Notes under the pieces: generated by a model
Database searches by the model: none
What the model was told of the DNA's origin: nothing
What the model saw: the letters and a program-made list of their open reading frames with translations, nothing else
Position numbers and translations under genes: made by a program
Origin: Macrostomum hystrix
Taxonomy: Eukaryota > Animalia > Platyhelminthes
Length of the DNA stretch: 64,000 nucleotides
Assembly: GCA_950097015.1 (NCBI GenBank)
Contig: CATNEN010000001.1
Location: forward strand, 7,998,001-8,062,000
Direction: 5' to 3'
In this document: piece after piece, positions 52,086-61,671 of the stretch
Numbering within the stretch: position 1 is the stretch's first letter
Layout of the letters: each line of letters opens with the position of its first letter

Positions 52086-53324
52086 CGACGAAATTTTGAC
52101 GACAGCTGTCTTGATTGCATTCGCCAGGAGTAACTCAGTTTCGATGCGAAGTGACTTTGGCAAGCACTCAAAAAAATTAAATTACTGAAATACAATTTTA
52201 CAAGCCTTTTATTGTTCCAATTCGCACTGGAGCTGCTATTTTATTTAATTAACTATTTTGCATTTTTTCAAGGCTTTACCTCGCACCCTTGACGAGCAGG
52301 TCGACTATCAGCACTTCAGTCCTTCTACCTGCCAGCGACCGTCGCGTTACACCTCTGGGAAAAGTGCTCACTTTATGTCCCGTTGACTGACTTCGGCCGT
52401 TATCTCCGACATCTCAAACTCCTGGACTCGTAGTTCAACTTATGTCTTCAGTGTAATAATTTATCACGCGGCGGGGGCGGGTGGCAATGAGAGAGGCTCA
52501 GCCAATCAAGCGAGAATCGGGGTTAGAAAACCCGGCTCTCGGCAGGATAAGAGGGCAAGACTCAAAACAGGGACTACGTACAGCTTTGCTGAATCTTCGC
52601 CAGCAAAGTTGTGATCGTGTTTGATTGTATATTTTTGTTGCTAAGTCTGTAATTCAAACAATCGCCATAAAAATCCAGAACACGGGCTAAAATTTTTGAA
52701 TCCAGAACTTTCAGAATCACAAAACGTAGGCGTCGTCGTGATATTCAACTATTCTCGTAGGGGTGTCTGGTGACAGGAACCACAAAAATAAGCACAAATT
52801 TTCTGCTCACAAAAGTTTGCCATGTAACCATGTCAACTGCTATTTTTTTACCTTTTTGTATTGATTTATTGTTAATTTAAACACTTTTGCACCGATATGG
52901 ATTCGTTAAAAATCGTCAAGAGCAATGTTATTTGTCCTTGTCACCAGAGTCTTCGACAGGAATCGCTGAATATCTAGACGATGCTGGCTCGTACGGCTTT
53001 GAAAGTCAGTTCATTGTAATGAGCGAATTTTTTTTATTCAAATGGTGGACTTTCACGAAAATTGTTCCTTCGGTTTTGGGAGCTACCCACTGCCTTCGAC
53101 CCGAGACTAGAATATAAATATGAAATATTATACATATAAACTGCCCCCATCCTCGAGACTGTCTGCAGTCAGTCAGCAATGGCTGCATGTACTGCAAGTA
53201 AATTCGGTCTCTCTTGCTTTTATTTTATTTTATTTTATTTTACAATAATTATTAATTTCAACTCTTGCATTCACTGAAGTCCCAACTTCCCAACCCCATT
53301 CCATTTCTTCGAGACAAGAGACAA

Positions 53325-53610
53325 GGCTACAACCTTGAGGTTAGAGAGTTAGACTCATGACTTCAAGGTCGGGGGTTCGATTCCCGACTCCGCTGGTACT
53401 AATTACAATTAGCAAGACACTTAACACTGTATTGCTTCAATTCACCCAGCTGTTAAAGGGGTACCAGCAATAACTGGGATAACTGAAGGTGGGTGTGGCG
53501 TCCGCCAGTCCATGGACTGAACGGCTGTACGCAGTCTTCAGATGCGCCGCGCATTAGCTGCGGCTGTGCGGTCGGCTGCACATCTGGCACAATTGGGGCA
53601 GGTGTAATCA
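53325..53610 (+). mobile_element. tRNA-derived SINE, family 1
   Basis: B-box GGTTCGATTCC at about 53374; AGCAAGACACTTAAC...CACCCAGCTGTTAAAGGGGTACC; homologous to 2441-2708. Confidence 0.8.
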
Positions 53611-55150
53611 ATTATTGTTATAAATTAGTATTATAATTATCAGTTATTAATTCGAGAAAAGTAACATGGCTATATAAACTTTCATTCATTGCAATTTCTT
53701 GACGGCTCGCCAGTTTTGAGCAGTTTTGACAGGTCAGCGAGTAGCACGCATCGATGGCGAGTTGGATGAAGTCAGAGTGAAGTGAAAGGTTTTCAAAAGG
53801 AAGAAGTTTTGAATATAAAAAGATGAACTTTCGTTGAGGAAGGTGAAGACTAGAGTATTAGGGGTGAATATTGAAACACTGATATGAAATCCTGTTTAGA
53901 AACTCAAGAAATACATACGCAGCAGTATGGGATGCATTTTTAAAAGTCAAATAATCCCTAAACCCAGATAGATCCCCCGAGGAAATCTAGTGCTCCGTTA
54001 TACATAGTGTTGAAGCGCGATGATTAAAAAGTAAATATACGCGGATATGGGAAAGAGATAATGGTGAGTTGGGAAACATAAATAATGGATCAGACATGAG
54101 CTTCAGAAGAAAGCAGGTAAATATCACAGTTTGGTAACACAGGAAGAGCGATAAACCAGTCTTCAATCGACTCTACAAAGCATGATCAAGTTACTGGTAG
54201 CACAACTTCTGTCGGCCTTTTCAATAGGATGCGCGTTCGGTAAGAGGGAGCCTCGAAGGCTCAAACGCTTAAAATCAGGGGAGCCTTCGAAATACAACAG
54301 GCGGAAAAAGCTTGCATTACTATGAGGCAAACAGTTGGAAACAGATACATAGTTGGCCTGCTGCATTTGCTTTTAGCACTGTTTGATTCTGACCGCAATC
54401 TACGGCCAGTATTTCAGATTTTTTGTAGCGAGCTTCTCTTAAAGCCAATTCAAATTTCAGTTGGAAGATTATAAGATTGAGAAGCTTATCTGACAGTCTC
54501 ATTTGACTCTTCAATTATCTATGTGAGCATAGAATCTGAGCATACAATCTGAGCCATCATCGACAACTCCGCGAATACGCATCCGTTTGCAAAGCGACAC
54601 ATCACTATCGATAGAGCTTCCAACCGAGGTTAATCAGCTAAAATTTTAAGTAAAAACATTGTCAATTTGCTTTGTTTTCCTTTAAAAAGCGTCTGATTGC
54701 CTGCATTGAAATATTACAGTGTTTTAGGCTCTCTACGAAAAAATATTTGTCTGTTAAAAAGTCACTGAATTTCGAATTACGCAGCCAGTTATTGAAATAC
54801 CAAACATTTTTTTTGTTTCAATTGTAAGAATTATCCAACACTCCATTTTGTGTAGTAATTAATTTTTCCTTTCTGTGCATTTTTCTTGAAGCATTGGTCA
54901 GAACTTCTTTAGAAACACCTTGATAAAAAAATTTTTAAGCATCTGTTTTTCAAGCGCGCGTAGAGAGCCTTCATTGTACGCCTTGTTTTGTACACTGATA
55001 TCATTTCTCTCTCCCGTTCCTATCCTTTGGTGTACAATCAATTGGGGCTCTCTAGGAAACCAGTTTTTTCTATCGCTAGCCAGTAACTATAGCTCTAATA
55101 AAATATCTTAACAATGTTCTTGTACGTCTATTTGTAAAATCTCTGACCCA

Positions 55151-57673
55151 ATGAGCTTGACAGTTACTGACGACTCCACCCCCACCGCGCTGAGCGAGAG
55201 CATGGCGACAAGGCAACACAGTGGAGAGCCTCATTTAGTCGAGAGAAAGCACAAATGGATAGCAGTCCAAGTTACAGAGGACGAGTGCGCTAAAGTGGAT
55301 GGCCAGCCGTTTATCTACTGCCGTGATTACCTCGATTCAAATCACACTGTACTATTTGACAAACTATTGCAAACCACTCCATGGGAGTCGCGACGATGCG
55401 TTATAAGAGGAATAGAGCACAATGAACCTCGCAGGACATTTGCTTATGGAAAGCCATACTCCTACTGTGGAGTAGAATGGAAAGAGAACAACAACTGGCC
55501 TGAGGAGCTGCTCCAGATTAAACAGTGCTTGTCAAAAGAATTTAATGTTGACTTCAACAGTGTCCTCCTAAATCTATATCGAGATGGACAAGACTCAATC
55601 CAGCTGCATCAGGATAATGAGAAGTGTCTCGGCATCAACCCAGTCATTGCCAGCCTGTCTCTTGGAGCTGAGAGATGCCTGACTGTTGAGAACACGGACG
55701 AAAAACGGCATTACTCATTAATAATGTCACCAGGCAGCATGCTGGTGATGCAAGGGGACTGTCAGACCAAGTTCAAACATGGAGTCCTAAAGACGAGGGA
55801 AAGCGCACCACGCATCAACGTGACATTTCGCCACATTGTGCCTGAATTAAACGATGTACCAAGCCGCAACGAGCCGACGCCCTCAGAAACGAGTATGGAC
55901 ATTGCAGTAAAGACGCCTGAGCAGATAATCGATGAAAGGAAAAAATCTGAATCGACTGATGCAGCTGACGCCCACTTTGACATCTCATTCCTCAGTCAGC
56001 CTCTTCAAGAAGCCAAGACGCGACTCGGGAAGCGGAAGCAAAAGCTGGCTGACAAAGAATCAGCTGCGTCCGCCGAAGAGACGACCGTGTTAGAAGATGC
56101 GAGCTTTAAGGTCCCGAAGACTAAAAAGTTCCGAAAAAGGAGATCACCCATGAAGGGAGCTGACAAAAGCGATAAAGCCGTACAGACAGAGTTGATTCCA
56201 GTAGATGCAGCAACTAACACAGAGAACAACCTACTGATGGATACAGACTGGAAACGTTTGAAATCTCTCGAGGAAGGAGTCGCAGCGGTTCTCAGTGAAG
56301 TAAAACAACTGAAAAGTAGCTTGTCAATTGATGAGTACATTCAAAAGACTCGCAATGCGCTTCAATCCTTGACCACCGGTCTAATGCATCAATTAGAGGC
56401 AAAAGCCAAAGAAAGTCAAACGGAACTACTGAAAGCGCTAAACATCACAAAATCCGACGTTGTGAACCATCTAAAGCAAACAAGTAGCTCAACTAAGGAT
56501 GCTATCATTAGCGAAGAAAGAGCAGTGAAGGCAGAAGTAATAAAAAGCCAACAAATCAGCCACAGCCTCGAGCAGAAGGTCGGTGAACTGGTCAGTCTGC
56601 AAGCGCTGGCGTTCACTAAGACGCAGAACGAAAGAGCAGGACGGGAAACATATGCTGAGAAGGCCTCGCGCTCAGTGAACCCAACAGCATCTTCAAAAAA
56701 TGTAACGATGGCAGTCAGTGTCAGTAAAAATGCAGAGAACGCATCAGGAGCTGTAGCAAGGGACTCGGAACCAGCTGAGGCAGAAAGCAACAGTTGTACC
56801 AAACAGAAAGTTAAAGAAGGCCTGAAAAAGCATGATATAGTCGTTGTCAGCTCAAAGCTAGGGAAAGCCCTTGACTATCGCAGACTCTTCCCGAATAGTA
56901 CAATTCGAGTTGTCTACTACAACACTCAAGAAAGGCTCATTGAATTACTGCAAGAGCCAAACTTCAGTGCGCAAGAATGTCTGGTAATTGACCTAAACCA
57001 TGAGCCATCAATGGAGGTGGCATATAAAGCTGTCACTGCAATTGACGCTGGGCAAAGGCAACACGGTGCGAATTGCCTGCACCTACTCATCATCCCAGAC
57101 AGTTCGACACGAACAGAACAACTCTTCGAGAAAGAACTGTGTGAGTATGGTGTTAAACATCAGCTTTTAACATTTAACTTTCATGAAATCCACTTCTACG
57201 ACGGTGAACTCAACAGCAGCGGAGCGGACTTTTTGTTTGCGTTAATGTGCAAATGCATTCGAAATCTAAACCTGAAAGTACGGCCGCATCCGGCTAACAC
57301 AGAGAACCAGCGCCAGCAAACAGTGCATCACCGGCATCAACACAGCTACAGAGAGTCACGAGGCGGCGGTGCAACTGGCTACAGGAACTATCGAGCGCAT
57401 AGCAGCTACCCAGTTCGAGATGCCAATTACATCCGTAGCGAAATAGACCACCGCATCAGCACCAACGGCTATTTTGACAGAAGTCGTGCTAGCCGCTATC
57501 GAATCAGCAACGAGTACGACTACAACAAAAGAGACCGCAAAAACTTTATAAGTGGCTATCGCGCCAATATCGAGCCCAGCAACTACCGCAGAAGTAGCTT
57601 TGGATACCGCAACAGATACCAACAAGTTGGTGTCAGGCGCCTCGACGACCGCCAGTTTCGTTGCGTCGACTAG
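55151..57673 (+). CDS. Retrotransposon ORF1: AlkB (ALKBH2/3-like) 2OG-Fe(II) dioxygenase, basic NLS, coiled coil, degenerate SGNH/esterase-like region, R/Y-rich tail
   Basis: EPRRTFAYGKPYSYCG...FNSVLLNLYRDGQDSIQLHQDNEKCLGINPVIASLSLGAER...PGSMLVMQGDCQTKFKHGVLK...PRINVTFR. Confidence 0.9.
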   Translation: MSLTVTDDSTPTALSESMATRQHSGEPHLVERKHKWIAVQVTEDECAKVDGQPFIYCRDYLDSNHTVLFDKLLQTTPWESRRCVIRGIEHNEPRRTFAYGKPYSYCGVEWKENNNWPEELLQIKQCLSKEFNVDFNSVLLNLYRDGQDSIQLHQDNEKCLGINPVIASLSLGAERCLTVENTDEKRHYSLIMSPGSMLVMQGDCQTKFKHGVLKTRESAPRINVTFRHIVPELNDVPSRNEPTPSETSMDIAVKTPEQIIDERKKSESTDAADAHFDISFLSQPLQEAKTRLGKRKQKLADKESAASAEETTVLEDASFKVPKTKKFRKRRSPMKGADKSDKAVQTELIPVDAATNTENNLLMDTDWKRLKSLEEGVAAVLSEVKQLKSSLSIDEYIQKTRNALQSLTTGLMHQLEAKAKESQTELLKALNITKSDVVNHLKQTSSSTKDAIISEERAVKAEVIKSQQISHSLEQKVGELVSLQALAFTKTQNERAGRETYAEKASRSVNPTASSKNVTMAVSVSKNAENASGAVARDSEPAEAESNSCTKQKVKEGLKKHDIVVVSSKLGKALDYRRLFPNSTIRVVYYNTQERLIELLQEPNFSAQECLVIDLNHEPSMEVAYKAVTAIDAGQRQHGANCLHLLIIPDSSTRTEQLFEKELCEYGVKHQLLTFNFHEIHFYDGELNSSGADFLFALMCKCIRNLNLKVRPHPANTENQRQQTVHHRHQHSYRESRGGGATGYRNYRAHSSYPVRDANYIRSEIDHRISTNGYFDRSRASRYRISNEYDYNKRDRKNFISGYRANIEPSNYRRSSFGYRNRYQQVGVRRLDDRQFRCVD

Positions 57674-57881
57674 GACCGCCTGTCCAAGCCTGTCCGGCAA
57701 CAACTTCAATCGCCGGGGGGGTGGAGGAGTCATTTAGCTGCTCAACTCGGGTCCTCTAACTCCTTTGCCTAATAACTTTCTATTTTTGATACCGTCAATT
57801 CCCATACCGCGCAACAGGTTTTGAAGGTTTTGAACCCGTCGTGACTGACTCTAAGGACTACTACTCCCTCTTTCTACGAGT

Positions 57882-60800
57882 ATGTTAACTTCTACGCTAA
57901 ATTTTAACTCCCGAATAGTCACTGAAACACAGGGCAGCTGCGAAAAGAAGGTTACTTATAATAAATCAGAGTTGATTATCACCAGTTGGAACATAGATGG
58001 ACTGATGCTCAGTGGAGAATGCAAAATGGAATCACCATGTTTCCACGAACATATTAGGAATAGAGACATAGTTTTCCTCTGTGAGACCCACGCCAAACAG
58101 GAGCAGCTAGACTCAAACACGCTGATAGATTTCACCTGCTTTGGAGCAGATGGAATCAAGGCAAGGGGAATCAACAAAGGTAGATTATCAAATGGCATGG
58201 TTTTCCTCGTTAAAAATAATATTGCAAAGAGAACCACATTAGTGCACAAATCTGACTTCGCTCTGGTACTAAAAATAAAGCAAAAGCAGTCTGAAGAACC
58301 CCTGTATATCTTAGGGTGTTATATCCCACCGGAAAATTCTAAATACTACAAAGAAGATATATGGGAGGAGATTAAATATCTCATCCAGCTCTTCTCAAGA
58401 GAGGGCTCCGTATTAACAGTAGGTGACTTCAATGCACGAACTGGCACATTACAGCCCAGCACTAGGGATAAGTTTCCCAGACAGAATCAGGACTCTGAGA
58501 AAAACAAGCATGGATTAAGACTGATGGAAATGTGCTCCGAGACCAAGAGCACGATTCTGAACGGAATGACTCAGGGTGACATTATGGGAAATTACACGTT
58601 TAGTAGCACACTAGGCCGAAGTACCATAGACTACGCTATTGTATCCATGGATAAAGTGGATATTATAAAAGACTTCTTTATTCATCCTCAAAGCTTTCTG
58701 TCCAGACATTGCCCGCTAACAGTCACTCTGATTTTTCCTGATCATGTCCAACCCGAACACGCAAACCAGGAAAAACATGAATCCTTCCCAATGCCTCCAA
58801 GATGGGACACTGAAACGCAGGGAAGTTACATTGAGGCATTGAATAACAAACAAAGCGAAGAAATAATTAGAAAGTTGCAATCTATCGACGCACACGATGG
58901 AAAATCCCTGGAAAATTTGTTCTCGAGCTTGACCAACCTGCTTAGAGACTCAGTGGCAGAAAGCTGCGCAAAGACAATCATTCCGAACAAGTTCTGGACA
59001 AATCGAGACGAGACACTAAGAAACTTGAGCAAATCATTAAAGTACGTGGCCAGGAAAAAAAGACGTAGACCAACTGACAGCGCGCTGGCATCAGAATATA
59101 ATGGGCTAGCGAAAAAATACAAACAACAGCTCAAGAAACTTAAGCAGATGGACATAAATGACTGCATTCAGAAAATGGCGGCTAACGGAACCTCAAAGGG
59201 ATTCTGGTCCGGTCTTAGAAAAGCAGAAGAGTTGCTGTTCCCCAGCAGGAGACTTAACAGACCTCAAGCCCCAATCGCTGACATCGCGGACAACCTAACC
59301 AAAGTGTTTAACGCACATCCTTCTTTGGGAACCCAGCCGCATCGCACAGATGAAGCAGTTAGTCCCGAAGATTTAATTAGCTGCGTAGATCTCGATAGAG
59401 CAGTTAAAAAGCTAAAGAGAAGAAAGGCTGCAGGAATAGATGGTATAACAAATGAGCACATTATCTACGGACAAGAGAAGCTAAAACCCGTACTTCTGAA
59501 GCTTTTTAACGCAAGCGTAAGACTCGGCCAGACTCCTGCACAGTGGTCAAATGCCCTAATCACACCGATTTATAAAAAGGGTTCCCGTAGTGACCCCAAA
59601 AACTACAGACCCATAAGCGTGCTGCCTGCCCTGGCTCGCCTGTTTGCCTCACTTATCTATGAAAAGCTAGAAACTCATATTCGCACCCTCGACTTGCTTT
59701 CAGCCAGTCAAATAGGAAATAGAAAGGGCTACCGAACTTCAGACCACATTGCCACTCTCTTGACGTTGATCCACAACAAAAAGCGTCGCAAAAGGCCATT
59801 TCACTTAGTGTTCTTTGACTTAAAAAGCGCATTTGACATGGTCCACCATCCAACACTTTTCCAACGACTTAGGGAGTTAAAGGTCAGCCCAGAAATAATC
59901 GAAGCAATACAAAGCATGTACTCAGGAGCTAAATTCCAACTGAAGATCTCAGATGGCCAAGCAACTAAGGCAAGGAGCATAACAAATGGAGTAAGACAAG
60001 GCTGTCCCCTATCCCCTCTACTCTTCTCACTCTATATAGATCCTTTGAGCACAATGCTAAGGGATTCATTTCGCAGCGACACCTTCATTAAAGATGAACA
60101 AATCAACAACTTGCTATACTGCGATGATTTAGTGATCTTTGGAGAGAATCCTCGAGAGTTGCAGAAGGGCCTCGATAAAGTGTCAGAATTTTGTCAGAGC
60201 CACAAGCTAGAAATCAATATGCAAAAAACTAAGGTTATTAGCTGTTGCCCTGACCCATCAAAGACGGCTAACAAACTATTTCTGCAGGGACAACTGTTAG
60301 ATAGCGTCAAAGAATGGAAATATCTTGGCTTTCACATCAATGCTAAAGGAACCGTGGATTCCCATGCCACAGAGATTAACAAAAAATGTGGATATCCTAT
60401 TCTTCTCTTAAGGAAATTAGCCAGCCATGGGGCGGTCAGATACAACCAGCTCATGCTGTACTGCACAGCAATGATAGAAAGCATAGCTCTGTACGCCTCT
60501 GAGGCCTGGGGGGCTTTTGTCTCGTGGAACCTGGGTCCTTGGGACCGCTGTCTTTTTGAAAGAGTAAACATCAGGTGCTGTAAAGCCATACTACAAGTCA
60601 GCCAAAATACGGATGGCAACGGGGCCCGCTCGGAGTTAGGCAGATTGCCTTTATTATACAACATCCAGAAAAGAAGCATTTCGTACTGGGCCTCCATAAC
60701 AAGCCGGCCGGACTCCATAATTTCCAAGTTATTGGCGGACCAAACATACAGTGATGTTGGAATCAAAGCAAAGACCAACAATGACGTTATGCTGAACTGC

Positions 60801-61316
60801 AGAGGCATTAGTCCTGCAAAAGCAATTGGAAACCACAGGAAAAATTTCGTTTCTCAGTTCGATACCCATTGGAGACAAAGGACACAGAACTCAAGCAAGC
60901 TAAGTCACTTCTATTACTCCTTCAAGCAATATTATTCAGCCGAAAAATATTTACAACAAATATACAACCCGGAGTGGAGACGTACCATAGCCTCGTTTAG
61001 ACTAGGAAACCATAAGCTAGCTTGCGAAACATTGCGAACTGCGAGACCGAAAATTCCGTATGTTAATAGATTATGTAGTAAGTGCAAAACAGAAGTTGAA
61101 AACGAGGTCCACTTCCTTTTTAAGTGCACTTGGAATAAATATAGCGCAGCACGTTCGAAATTTGAGACGGAAGTTTCTGGGAAAACCCCCAATTTCATAT
61201 CCTTAACAGCAGAAGAAAAATCTAACTACATAATGGCTCAAGACGATAGGGAAACCGCTGAAGCTTTAGCAAAATACATCATAGAAATATCTAAAATAAG
61301 GGAACAGCTGCCCTGA
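57882..61316 (+). CDS. Retrotransposon ORF2: APE endonuclease + reverse transcriptase + C-terminal CCHC
   Basis: SWNIDG, LCETH, GDFNAR, IDY, SRH; NYRPIS, FFDLKSAFD, GVRQGCPLSPLLF, YCDD, KYLG; ELGRLPL, FRLGNHKL, RLCSKC..EVENEVHFLFKC. Confidence 0.97.
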   Translation: MLTSTLNFNSRIVTETQGSCEKKVTYNKSELIITSWNIDGLMLSGECKMESPCFHEHIRNRDIVFLCETHAKQEQLDSNTLIDFTCFGADGIKARGINKGRLSNGMVFLVKNNIAKRTTLVHKSDFALVLKIKQKQSEEPLYILGCYIPPENSKYYKEDIWEEIKYLIQLFSREGSVLTVGDFNARTGTLQPSTRDKFPRQNQDSEKNKHGLRLMEMCSETKSTILNGMTQGDIMGNYTFSSTLGRSTIDYAIVSMDKVDIIKDFFIHPQSFLSRHCPLTVTLIFPDHVQPEHANQEKHESFPMPPRWDTETQGSYIEALNNKQSEEIIRKLQSIDAHDGKSLENLFSSLTNLLRDSVAESCAKTIIPNKFWTNRDETLRNLSKSLKYVARKKRRRPTDSALASEYNGLAKKYKQQLKKLKQMDINDCIQKMAANGTSKGFWSGLRKAEELLFPSRRLNRPQAPIADIADNLTKVFNAHPSLGTQPHRTDEAVSPEDLISCVDLDRAVKKLKRRKAAGIDGITNEHIIYGQEKLKPVLLKLFNASVRLGQTPAQWSNALITPIYKKGSRSDPKNYRPISVLPALARLFASLIYEKLETHIRTLDLLSASQIGNRKGYRTSDHIATLLTLIHNKKRRKRPFHLVFFDLKSAFDMVHHPTLFQRLRELKVSPEIIEAIQSMYSGAKFQLKISDGQATKARSITNGVRQGCPLSPLLFSLYIDPLSTMLRDSFRSDTFIKDEQINNLLYCDDLVIFGENPRELQKGLDKVSEFCQSHKLEINMQKTKVISCCPDPSKTANKLFLQGQLLDSVKEWKYLGFHINAKGTVDSHATEINKKCGYPILLLRKLASHGAVRYNQLMLYCTAMIESIALYASEAWGAFVSWNLGPWDRCLFERVNIRCCKAILQVSQNTDGNGARSELGRLPLLYNIQKRSISYWASITSRPDSIISKLLADQTYSDVGIKAKTNNDVMLNCRGISPAKAIGNHRKNFVSQFDTHWRQRTQNSSKLSHFYYSFKQYYSAEKYLQQIYNPEWRRTIASFRLGNHKLACETLRTARPKIPYVNRLCSKCKTEVENEVHFLFKCTWNKYSAARSKFETEVSGKTPNFISLTAEEKSNYIMAQDDRETAEALAKYIIEISKIREQLP

Positions 61317-61671
61317 GACTACGAGATCTTACTAGCATTCAACAATAGATATTTCATATTTTGTTTTATCCCTGCCGTCCCTTGTGTTTTTACTGCTCTT
61401 ATTTTTAATACCTTTGCTTTCCCTTCCCAGCTCGATATTTGATTCCTACTAAACTTCGCTTTTTATGTTGCTTTTCGCTGTTCATTTAAATGTGTTGTTA
61501 AAAAAAATATAAAAAAAAAAAATCAGCACCCATAGATGGCGTGCGCGTTTTAATAATAATAATAATAATAATATGACTAAGACCACGAAAGTCTAAAAAC
61601 GCAACATCTACTCGTGGGATCGCCAAACGCTATAATAAACTGATAATATTCTTATTTGAACTTGCTTGAAG

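Larger units (their letters stand above)
53670..61573 (+). mobile_element. Non-LTR retrotransposon (RTEX-like) with intact ORF1 and ORF2 and an AlkB domain in ORF1; 5' boundary uncertain
   Basis: Intact ORF1 and ORF2 separated by 208 bp, T-rich 3' UTR, A-tract at 61500-61522 and (TAA)n tail at 61551-61573; no TSD identified. Confidence 0.85.

Noticed and set aside
52887-53197. Short ORFs between paralogue C and the SINE
   Set aside because: No recognisable domain or signal peptide; cannot be supported as exon 1 of D or as a transposase
55151-57673. Host ALKBH2/ALKBH3 gene
   Set aside because: Intron-less, fused to ORF1-like coiled-coil and basic regions, and 208 bp upstream of an APE-RT ORF2
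61573-61600. Hammerhead or TSD at the LINE 3' end (ATGACTAAGACCACGAAAGTC)
   Set aside because: No CUGANGA core, and no matching upstream copy was found by eye
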